64,000 nt of DNA, from assembly GCA_028023455.1 (NCBI GenBank), contig JAQFVV010000007.1:17112001-17176000 (forward strand). Reading direction: 5' to 3'. Within the stretch, counting starts at the first letter, position 1, and each line of letters begins with the position of its first letter. Positions 26,839-38,400 of this stretch are shown here, piece by piece. Source of the DNA: Epiperipatus broadwayi (taxonomy: Eukaryota > Animalia > Onychophora). The notes under the pieces were generated by a model. It was not told the origin of the DNA. It worked only from the letters and a program-made list of their open reading frames with translations, and searched no databases. Both the position numbers and the translations under genes were made by a program.

Positions 26839-29401
26839 CTGAAAAAAAAAAAAAAAGACCAAATAGAAATAAATAAATATCGACAACACTTCTTTTTAAT
26901 ACATTTCAACTGTTAAAATACAGAATTTAAAATTATGAGCAAAAAAAAAAAAGTTGCAATTTGTATTTACATTAACATTCGTAAAAAATGCTTATATGTA
27001 ATCAGTTCCGAATACATACTTATATTTTAATTTGTTCACGAAAAAAAAAGAGCTGTCTGTTAATAAGCAATGAGAACTGTCTAAAAAAGGATAAAACTTT
27101 AGTCTGTATTTTCAAATTATAATAGAGAGTATTAAATTTAAGAGAAAAGAAAGTACTTTTTATAAGTGATACAAATTATTCTGATAACAATAATTAGTGT
27201 GGAAAGATTAATGAATAAAATTAAAGCTAACATCAAGATTAGGCCAAAATAGTTAAGGAAGAATAATGTGCAAGTAATATCTGATTTCAATAAATACTGT
27301 AATCAAAAGTAACATAATTGCAGAAAGAAATAAATTTTAAATTCTCCTATTGGAAGCAACAATCACAATGGCAGTTATGATCTTGAAGAGAATTTCCTAG
27401 CTTTCATTACGTTAAGGAAGCATTTTCCAAACTGCGTTCCATGAAAGATCAATAGGTGTTCCATGAAAAAATATGAAATTCTGATAAATTAGTAGCCTTG
27501 TATGTGTTGGAATAAATATTTATTTTGCTTTTTAAGCCATGCTTTATTTACATTGTTATTAAAACTAAAAAATCCAAATCTATCTTTCTATTACAAACAC
27601 CAAGTGTTCCATAATAGAATAAGTTCAGGCAAATATGCTTTAAAAAATACCACTTTTACAGTAAAGGATATCTTAAAAGATCACAGACTTGGAAAAGCAG
27701 AGGAATGTTTATTTCTTTTCCTTCCTTTAAGACAAGTGGGTTAAAAATCTTTCTGATTGGTCGTTTTCTTCATTCCTTTTTACCTGAAAACTCCTCAATC
27801 AAATGGATGTTAATGTTTTTGGCTTTGCAATTTCTTAGCTAAAAAACAAGACAAATATGTATGTCTGTGAAAGAATTCCTAGATATCAAAATATTGCCAT
27901 GTATTGCAGTCCTAACATTAATCTGTGGCACTAAACCTTAGATCACAAATACATCTTTCTATATTTCCAGTAATGTGCTTTGTTTAATAATAGATCAGCA
28001 TTTTCATGTTGTTGATAGACTTTTTGTATCTTACTCAATAAGGAATACCTAGTTTTGAATTAATTAAAATAAATCTTTAATAGTTCCAGCAAACTAAAGA
28101 AACAAAACATCATGGTAGAATTCTAATATTTGTTTAAAAATGGTGAAAATATTAATTTAAAAGTGTTTTACTGAAATGAAAACTTATTACAGCCAAAACA
28201 GGCAATATTATTTGGGAACAGTAAAAGATAAAACTTTTACAATAAATTCAAAGAGCATTTATGCAATCAAAATATGTAACTCATTAATACATTGTATGAC
28301 ATTACAATTCTACTGAGCAAAGATATTTAATGACAAAAAATATGTACAATCCGTTAAGTATTTTTTCTAATCGTTCCTTTAGTATTGCAGAATGGCAATT
28401 GTTATTTTAAATAACTTCTAGGTTGCACAGCATGTTAAAATTCCTCCAGAAGTAAATATATCCCTAACAATGCTGATTTAGATATTTAAATAAACTATAT
28501 GCTTGATGTTCACCCTAAATAAATATTAATATCATTTTAAGCATCAATATACTCTAACATCGAAAACTGCAACAAACAAATCCATCAGTACAGAGATTAA
28601 AAAGGTTATAAAATGCATATAAAAATTTCAAAAACAAACAATTACAAGTTTTAAATATATGTTTTTCATAGCAATTGTATCTTTAGTCTCACAATGTTGT
28701 TATGTCACGAAGTAAACATCTTTATAAAAGCATATTAAATACAACTGGTTCACAAGATGAAAGCTCACAAACAAAAAAATAAAAAGTCAACCCGATCTAA
28801 AAATATTGTAGCTAGTTCCTATCAAAGTCAGAATAAAGATGCAAAAATTAGAAAACATTTAAAGATTGTAAATTTAATGTACTACATTATCAAATAATAC
28901 AATGTACTGCAATTGGAACTGGTAATAAGCATTGTACTATATAATAATTTTAAATAAAAAAAATTGCTTGTGTTTTAACGATGTTCGTTTAATATTATTA
29001 ATACATTTTACGAAGTTTTTTTTGTTTAATTTTCCTTAAAGATAACTGACAAAAACTTTTAAGTCACAATTCACATACATTTTCCTACATATATTCACTA
29101 TAAATAAATGTTTTAAAATATATAGAAAATATATATTACATTTCAGTATGCATACATAATTATATAATATGGTGTTCTTTATTTACTCTTATCATTGCTT
29201 CTATGGAAATTTTTATGAAATGACTTGTAACCCATTAGGTCCTTATGTTTACCCTATCAATTACATTTTGGATAATTTTCTAACCATGAACTTCCTGTTA
29301 ATAAATCAAAAACATTTCAAAGCACAATAGTCACTATGAAAATCAATCTTAATATTATTTATAGACGTAGTAGTATTATCTTACAAAATTCTTAACTCTC
29401 A

Positions 29402-29594
29402 TAATAATATATTTTACAATCTTCTTCACACTTCTATCCCTCTATCTCATAGAAACTGTATATGTACTTTTGGTTAAGTCCAAATTTAGTGTTATTTCTA
29501 ATAATATATTTTACAATCTTCTTCACACTTCTATCCCTCTATCTCGTAGAAACTGTATATGTACTTTTGGTTAAGACCAAATTTAGTGTTATTT
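29402..29594. repeat. 97-bp tandem duplication within an old LINE fragment
   Basis: TAATAATATATTTTACAATCTTCTTCACAC...AAATTTAGTGTTATTT occurs twice, with two substitutions. Confidence 0.9.
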
Positions 29595-32500
29595 TCCAAT
29601 CATTTCTTGCTGACTTAAATGTAGCACTTTTAGAATAAATCCTAGAATATAATTATGAAGATGATATTTCCCTTTTCAAGTGCATTGAAAGCAAAATGAC
29701 TGCATATATTAACTTCCACATTAATAATCTTGATGAGTCAGCAACACTCCACTTCTTGCAGAGCAGAACTGTCCAAAATACTTCCCATAGATTTCATGTA
29801 ATTTTTTCAAATGAACAAATAAAACTATTTGAATGGAATGCTTATTAGATATTTTAATTCTATCACATTATAAAAAAAATTATTGTATCTTGCCTATTGT
29901 TTCAACAAAAACTTTTATAAATACTATATATATATGTATTGAATTTATTATTTTGGATGCGGTCCTCAGATGAATATTTATTTTTTAATGTGGCCTTGGG
30001 ATTACTTAAGGTTGGATATCTCTTTAAAACAAATAGGAATAGAAGCAACCAAAGAGGACTACTTTTGTTGAAAAATCAAGTTATCATTTATCAAGAAAAC
30101 TGAAACTAAATGCATAGCTATCTGAATAAAATACAATAAAAGTTGAAACAAATTTTTTATGTTATATATCGTACCAATTAGTAGGTCCCTTAAACCAAAA
30201 TAGGATCGTAAACAAAAAAAAAAATTTTTTTTTTATATATTCAAGTTAATTTATTACATTGAGTATTAGTTCTTCAGGGTTATACCACTAGTAAACAAGT
30301 CTCTCAAATAGGTTTCCAATAATCAGTTTATTTTATTCTTGGTGATTTCATGACCGAGCTAGTTGGGATTTATCAGGAGCTAAATTAGAAGCCATCATTC
30401 AGGGCAGGTTAATTACTTCTTGTAGTTAGCTGACGCCTGAAGTTTACTTCAAAATGAAGTGCTTTGAATGACAGGGGTTGAATTCAGCAGTCAAGAGGTT
30501 CTGTAACTTAATAGCTATCATATATATATATTCCTATGTGTACACACATTTCAGTACGAAAATTATTGAATAAATAACAAATAACACTTTTATGTGTATA
30601 TATCTTTGTATGGGTGCGTATGACTAATGTTTTAACATTATGTTTAACAACCACAATTGCTTGATGAAATTTTATAAGGAAACTGCGAGCAAGCCATATA
30701 TAACAATAACAATAGATTACAGTGTTCAAAAAAACTATTAAAATAGTTCATGATTGGTCAACAAAATAAAAAATATTGGAGTTCTCTTTTTAAAAAGATA
30801 TTTTTTTAGTTATATACTCATTTACTGCAGAATAAAAAGAATTTCTAACAGACCTTATTTCATTACAAGGGTAATAATGTATATATTTATGACATTTTAT
30901 ACAAAGGCAGTTTACCTCATGGTTGCTTAAAAAAAATTCATGTCTATTCCCCAGGCAAATGAAAATGTAAATTAATGGCTTGGCAATAACTGAATAGAGT
31001 TTAGAATTCGCGTTTGAAAATTATTTTACTTCATCAAAATGTTTAAAGGATGTCTCTATGTGACTTCAAATAAATATATGCATGTATTTAGTATGGGATA
31101 TTATCATATATTAATAAAGAAATCAAGTGATAATGCTAATAAATAAAACAAGAGGATTATTTATAAAGGAGCATAAGCCTCTTAATTTTATTTACCTTCA
31201 TTATAACATTGTTACATTAGCTAAACGATCATTTTATGCTTATTAGCCAGATTTGTTGTAAATAGATCTTAAGCTTGTCAGGCACATTTCTAGATTTAAG
31301 GATTATCATATAACATGAAGGATAAAGCACAGTAATTTCCTTAAAGAAATCAAGATAACAAAGTTTGCAGATATTTTGAAATGAAAACTAACTGTATTCA
31401 ACACAAAGCATGAATACACCGTGCATAGTAATTAGATAAATGGATTACTATAATTAAATGTGATGTATTTTGGCTTCTCCTTAAACGAAGTAAAGAATAT
31501 CTCAGCAATTATGCCCAGATAAACCTGTTAGCCACTTTATTTTCCATTCCCCACTCTAAGTCTTCCCATATTCTGCCCCATCCCATTTCCACAACATAAT
31601 CTTTGTCAACTCTATGGCCTTTATATCTAAATCCCCCTTATCTTTTTGCAAACCCAGCATAAAAACCAATAACTCACTTTCTGTATAATCACTTTGTTCA
31701 TATCTATTCTCCCATAACTTCATTATCTGTACCCTTTCTGCTTTCAAGCATTTACATTCAATCAACAGATGCCTAATATTTTCTATACCTTCCTTACACA
31801 ATTTGCACACTAAATCACCCATAGTTTTCCATTTACATGTATATTCTCTAGTTGCTAAAGATCCAGTTCGAGCCTTAAACAATAAACTACTTTCCTTACT
31901 ATTATCATAAATTAACTTGCATCCAATGTTCCATTTACTTCTATATATATTTAAACTCTTCTTACCCTCCATACTAGTTCTCCATCTCTCCAACTCCCTA
32001 TTTTTTATTAATGCTTCTATTCTTTTATCCCATTCCTTACCACTATAACACTCAACAATTCTCCTAACACAATCATCCCACCTTTTATACAAGTATACTG
32101 ATATAAATTCTTTATCCAAATCTTTTGCATACCGCATTACCTTTCTCACCCATCTTGTTACCTGCCCTTTACTCATAACCCAATTAAACACTATTTTGGC
32201 TATTGTTTTACTATCCATAAACTGCAACCTACCAAACATTTTCATTTTACTTTTTGCATCTCTCATATAAAAACTTGACCATCCCATTTCTCCTTGAATT
32301 GCCTCCTTTGCTGTCCACATCTCTGCATCTAATGCATGTCTTCCTACTTCCCTTTGTACTTTCTCTAAATAATCTAAAACCCTTTTACTAACACATAATG
32401 CATCATTACCATATGTTAACCCTGCTACTGCAACTCCCTTCCATACAATTCTAGCTACATCATATTTATTATATGAAAATACTGTTAGTTTCTTCACCAA

Positions 32501-33425
32501 ACCCTTTCTTTTCTTTGCTTCATTTACCAATTTTTTCTCCCATTCATCCAAGCAATTTTCCTGATTACATAAGATGATTCCCAAATACCTATATCTATCC
32601 ACCACACATAAAACTTTATCCCCCAATAAAAACTCTACATCTCCTCTTTTCCCAGTATTAACCATCATTATATTTGATTTTTCTTCACTAAATTTAATCC
32701 CCATCTCTTTGCCCACCCTTGCACATGTCCTCAACATAATTTCCATATCTTCTCTTCTTTCTGCACACAAGAAGATATCATCCACAAAAAAAAAGACCCG
32801 ACAAAGTATATACTCCCTTGCCACCTATTAACGGTATCTCTATCCCTCTTCCTAGTCTTTCTATTGCTTTCTCCATTTCACTCAAATACAACAAAAATAA
32901 AATAGGTGACATAGGGCATCCTTGCCTTAATTTCACCCCATTTTTAACTTTAACTGATTCTATATCCCCTAATTGGTAAGTATAATAATTATTTTCATAT
33001 AATTTCTTAATATTTACTAAAGCTTCATCCATTCCTATTTGCTAACCTTACCCATAATCTATTTACTCTATCATATGCTTTCTCTATATCTATAAAACTC
33101 ATGAATAACGATCTACCTGAATTCATACTCATCTCCATAAGTTGTGTAACTACAAACAAACTATCTCCTATACACCTATCTGACCTAAAATCTCCTTGCA
33201 TTTCCCCCACTACATTTTTCTCTTCCATCCATTTTACAACTCTTCCAGCTACCATATATGAGAAAACTTTATATAAAACTGATGTTACCGCTATCGGTCT
33301 ATAATTATTTAACTTTCTATGATCCTTACCCTTTCCTTTAAATAATAATCTTATTCTTGTATTACTCCAACTACCTGGAAAAACTCTCTTCTGTGCCATC
33401 TTATTAAAACATGATAATACCTTTG

Positions 33426-34679
33426 GGTACTCATCTTATAGCTAAAGACGTCGCTCTATGGCGCGGTTTTCGCGCTAAAACACATAAAAATGCTGTTTCC
33501 ACAGCCGACACGTTCGAACCCATGTTTACTATAATACAACTTTTTTTGTTGTGCTACAGAATGCAGGCCGCTATGTCGCGTCGCAGTACAGCATGTATGT
33601 CGCATTTTCCGAATTCGCAGTTTATAAAATAGTTACGGCTTAATCAGAGAGTTAATATTTGAATTGGATGGAAATGTTGTTCTCATTTGATTTTTTTTTA
33701 TTTTAAAGTATTGAAATGTTCACATTTTTTAAAGTAATAATTCTAAGACTTTTTACAACATACTGTATTGAAGTTTTAATTGAGAAAATGTTAAAGATCG
33801 ATGTTTTTAGTGAGTTGCAATTAGGTAACGCATCAAGTAACATACTGTTCGTAACACTCCACGAGACAAAGAAGATTCTATGTGTGTATATTTTTGAAGT
33901 AAAAAAGAGCGGTACCAAAAAAATATCCAGTAAGAAAAGTACAAATATGCACGATTTTTTGTAAATTTCATAAAAAGCAAATATTATAAACATGTTTAAT
34001 AAGTAAAGAAGACATTTATATGTGTTTGTTGTTGTTTAAAAAAGTTTGAGTTTCTTTCTTTTGTCCGAGTATGGGTACGATTTTGATATTTTTTATTTTA
34101 GCATTACAAACAACAGAACACTAACCCTAAACCTAACCGTAACAACTTTTACTTTTTATTGTCATTCTATTTGAAGTAAAAATAGCCATAATATCTCTTT
34201 GTCTGTAAAAAAAAAAAAAAAAAGTAAAACGAAGACTAAAAAAATAAAAAATAGACTAAGAAATTATACTTTTTATTACGATTATTATTTTTTAGTTAAA
34301 CAACAAAAAAAAGTCGTAACACAAGTAAAAAAATATCCGATAGAAAATTGATATAAAAAAAAGCCACAACATAAGTAAAAAAATAGATAGAAAATTGATA
34401 AAAAAAAGCCGTAACACAATTAAAACAATATACGATAGAAAATACACGAATCAAATTGTAATTTGTTGATTTTATTTTACATTTATTATTATCATTTAAA
34501 TTGTATACGTTAATAAAAAATAATATTTATAAAAGATGATTTTGTTTTGTTTTTATTTTCGCATTACAAAAAAGCACAGCAAAATTATTATAATCAATGG
34601 CCTGGGAATGGTCATATTTTATAGTTTTAGCATGAAAACGGCACCATCCAATGGCATCTTTATCTATAAGACAAGCACC
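33426..34679. mobile_element. Non-autonomous TIR DNA element (MITE-like, possibly Merlin- or Mutator-related), copy 1, inserted in LINE ORF2
   Basis: Imperfect TIRs GGTACTCATCTTATAGCTAAAGACG.. and (reverse complement) GGTGCTTGTCTTATAGATAAAGATG.. are flanked by an 8-bp TSD with one mismatch (TACCTTTG at 33418-33425, TAACTTTG at 34680-34687). Removing the element restores the ORF2 frame (GHRARTKVLSCFNKMAQ). Confidence 0.88.
34305..34442. repeat. About 47-bp degenerate tandem array (about 3 units) inside MITE copy 1
   Basis: The unit is AAAAAAAG(T/C)CGTAACACAAGTAAAAAAAT..GATAGAAAATTGAT. Confidence 0.8.
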
Positions 34680-36329
34680 TAACTTTGTTCTTGCTCTATG
34701 CCCTAAATTAACTTTGTTCTTGCTCTATGCCCTAAATTCATTACCATCTCTGCTGCCCATCCATCTAAACCTCTCGCCTTTCCGCTTTTCAATCTCTTCC
34801 CTGCCTCATTCAGTTCATTTTTTGTGAACCTAATATTCCCATTACTAAATGCTTTCATGTTTTCTATCACTAAGTCCTTCACATCTAACATCTTTTCTAT
34901 ATCCATTACATATCTATTTAAGATTCTCTCTAATTCTTCTCTAGAGCTATGCTCTATTCCCTCATCATCTATTAATACTATCTCTCTTTCCCCTACATTT
35001 ACCCTTTTAATGCATTCCAAAATTTTTTACTCCCACCTCTTCCACTTTTATTAATATCCTCCAACAATTTACTATTCAACTTCATCCTCTCTCTATAATT
35101 ATCCATTTTAGCCAACTTCTTGTTTTGTAAGTACTTTCCCCATTTAGCATTAATACCGTTTTCACTTTCTTTGTTCTTAACAGCACACTTATATTCTCTG
35201 CATGCTTCTTTCCTCTCTTTTACACTTTTACTAACTCATTTTTTTATTACTTTTATTCTTCCGCATATTCTCAACAAAAACCCTATTTGCCACTTTTTCT
35301 ATTTCACCACACCAGTCCTTATACTCATTCCCAACCAACTATTCCATGGTTTCTTCAACTTTTATTTTATACTCTTCCAACTTATTCTTATCATTCACTC
35401 TCCATCCACATCTTTCACTATTGTTTCTACTTTTATTTCTATCCTCCATCACATTACTAACCATTTCTATTACAATAAAGTTATGATCACTATTACATAC
35501 TCTCTCTTCATTATCAAACACCTTAATTTTCCGTATTTTATTCATTCCCTCTTTCTCTACCAATACATAACCTATTGTGTGAAATATATTATTCCTAGAT
35601 CATGTGTATATTTGATAAATTCCCAATGCTCAAATTTACTCTTTGACAAAATTCCTTCAAAAACTGACCATTCTTATTATCTACATCATCAATTTCTTCA
35701 ATATGTCCATTCATATCCCTATAACCATTATTCTCTTCCCCTTTTCTTTAAAACTCTGTATATCTTTAACTAGGCATTCATATATACTACTGTTCCACTC
35801 CATTACAGTTTGACCATCTCCAGTGGCTATATACACTACAGCCACCATCCATTCTTGTCCACCCAACCTTATTTCAAACCACAAATGCTAGACATTTAAC
35901 AATATTTAAATATTTTTTTCGATATAACACCTGTACCACCGCTCCTTTTTCTTTTCTATTTATACCCTGCAATACCACCTCTTCCAAAATAGGTTCTTCT
36001 TCTTCTCTTAGATGAGTTTCCACTATTGCTAATGCGTCAAGCTCTTCATTTTCAATTGCTTTATTTAACTCCAGCCACTTTTCTGATCTCCTACCACTTT
36101 GCATATTCAAAAACCCAATTTTAACAATTTCTTCTTTCCTAACTACTCTTTTATAAATTCTTTTGATTCTTTGTTCTCCATTACGTTTATAACAAACTTT
36201 CTTACCATTAATCTTACAGACCCTCTCCACATCTACACTTATATCTAAATCAACCATCTTTTGCTTATTTATTATAACCCATGCATTCTTCTTTTTGATA
36301 ATATTACAATTTAAAAGCCCACCCCCCCT

Positions 36330-37322
36330 TTAAAAGTTTCCCAAATTATATTCTTTAGATATCAGATTCCCTAAAACTTCACTTCCTTGTTTTCCTAAGT
36401 GCAATCCATCTTTACTATATAACTCCCTCTTTCCAATAAACCAATCCCATACATCCACAAACACAACATTATTTCTCTCACACAATTTTTTCAATCTCTC
36501 ATTTATAGAACATGCTCTATCTAACAAATGCCTCTTGTCAACTACTCCTACTCTTCCTTTAATCTCCCTCAAATTCCTAATCAATTCTACATACTCATCC
36601 ATTACTCTCTCTCTCTGATGGCTGTAACAAATTATTAGTCCCTACCATAACATATACATCTCTACTACCTTGCTTTCTTACTTTATCTGTCACATCCCTA
36701 ATTCTAGCTCCAGGCAAACATACTCTTTACATACCTGCTTCTATTTTCCCTTGCAATTATACCCTCACATTCTCTTAGTAGTGAATCTCCTATCAATACT
36801 GTCTCATAGTCTACTTTCTCTACTCCATCTGTAACCTTTTCTACCATCTTCTGGACCTCCTTATCAATTTCTTCCTTATCATTTCTATTCAATAATTCTT
36901 TTATCTCCTCACACTTCGTCTCTAACAATTTTAATTTTACTTCTACATCCTTCACTTCTTCCTCTATCTTACTTATTCTCTGGCTAACCATCTCCATTGC
37001 ATTACTACTTTCTCCACCTATATTTCCTGACACTCCACTAAAACCATACTCTGTCCTATCTTCCTCAACTACGTTTTGCTCCCTCCTCTGACTTTCTCTC
37101 TAGACTACCTACACTTAGAAACCACTTTCTCACCTCTTTAATCACATTTACACATTGACTACATAACCAGAAACCTGTTACATCCTTCCTATTCTTATTC
37201 AAACATTTCAAGTGATACACCTCACCACACACTGTACACTCTACAAGCGCTCGCCTAATTCCTTTCTGCCGATTGTATATACATTGTGCAATGCAAATGC
37301 AATCCATAGTCTTATTTTTCAA
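36330..37322 (-). pseudogene. LINE ORF1 remnants: PHD finger, coiled coil, SGNH/GDSL esterase
   Basis: The PHD-like segment is CIC..C.....VECTVCGEVYHLKC......FWLCSQC (37065-37322). A heptad-rich segment ends in VLIGDSLLR (SGNH block I). FVDVWDWF...LYSKDGLHLGKQG carries the SGNH catalytic DxxH. Confidence 0.85.
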
Positions 37323-38400
37323 CTCACCTATTCTATATTTGATTTTATAATACCTCTCCTATTCTTCAAACACCCTTACACGGAATAATAAAAATAAAAA
37401 TTTTTTTTTACTTTTTCCCAAACCTGATCAAACTCACCCATGTGTTTTCTGACATTAGGCCTCACAAACGTTGCCTTTTTTCTCAAAATAAATGTCTATT
37501 TTAAAATTTAAAAAACCTTCAGTAACAAACTTAACTAAAACGAATTAATCTTACATACAACTTTTATATAAATATCCTTACGCTAACACACATTCAACAA
37601 GAACAACTTTTTTTTTACTTTTTCCCAAACCTGATGTAAAACTACATCACCTACTAATAGAAATCTTTTATTAATATCTTCATATTAATGTGTCTGGGAT
37701 ATTTATGAAATATGTACTTATCAAATAACTCACACTCATTATGGATTATTACATTCTATTTTGAAATTTCATGATGCTAGTTCACTATTTTAAGAATGGA
37801 TGATAAAAACATAACCCATAACTAAGAGAAAATAATTATAATTATTCCAAGTTATAATTTGTATCAATTCAAGCATATATATAAATAACTTATTTAGATT
37901 TTCTTATATTTATTTGATTAATAAATTGTAATATAAACATTTATATATTTTCCTTAATTATAAATATAAGTCTGTTGTTCCACACCACTACAGGTTTAAA
38001 CACTTAATGCAAATATTTCATAAGAATCTCTATTTATTTATCATATTCTTAATATTATTTACAGATTGTTTCTCAGTTGTAAATAAACTACTATTATTAA
38101 CATTATGCACTATTAATCCAAGGTAATAATTACTCTGTTAATCAATATAATCATTATAAATAGTATCCAAACTATTATCTTATATTTATATTATATTTTA
38201 GGAGCTAGCATTCATTACTAATCAATTCAACATAATATTGTATTGGTAGAAGTGGAGGAAATTCAGCCAAAATATATAGGGCCTCTTTTATCTTGATTTA
38301 AATCAAACTTATTTAGTATGAAGGTTAATAAAGGTTCCATAGAGTATCTATCTCTCAGGCAATCTACCTTATTTGCTACATTTATATCGATACAATATAT

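Larger units (their letters stand above)
31556..36257 (-). pseudogene. LINE ORF2 remnants: AP endonuclease, reverse transcriptase, C-terminal Cys/His motif
   Basis: APE motifs: KIGFLNMQS, LAIVETHL, SDHNFI. RT motifs: GKARGLDG, YRPIAVTS, QGDFRSDR, FIDIEKAYDRV, GVKLRQGCPMSPILF, FVDDIFL, YRYLGI. C-terminal motif: CKLCKEGIENIRHLLIEC. The ORF is broken by frameshifts and the MITE. Confidence 0.95.
31470..37640 (-). mobile_element. Near full-length, disrupted non-LTR retrotransposon (CR1/L2/RTE-X-like LINE) in the last PHB2 intron, in sense orientation
   Basis: ORF1 and ORF2 fragments occur in the correct order on the minus strand, with several frameshifts and a MITE insertion at 33426-34679. Outer boundaries are approximate and I found no TSD. 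Confidence 0.93.

Noticed and set aside
33411-33632. Similar ORFs at 33411-33632 (+) and 57468-57824 (-)
   Set aside because: They are translations of the MITE terminal region. The reading frames are not conserved between copies and there are no transposase motifs.
35120-35773. 217-aa plus-strand ORF and other F/I/L-rich ORFs (32574-32831, 33101-33304, 34824-35054, 8614-9132)
   Set aside because: These are antisense shadows of purine-rich LINE coding strands.
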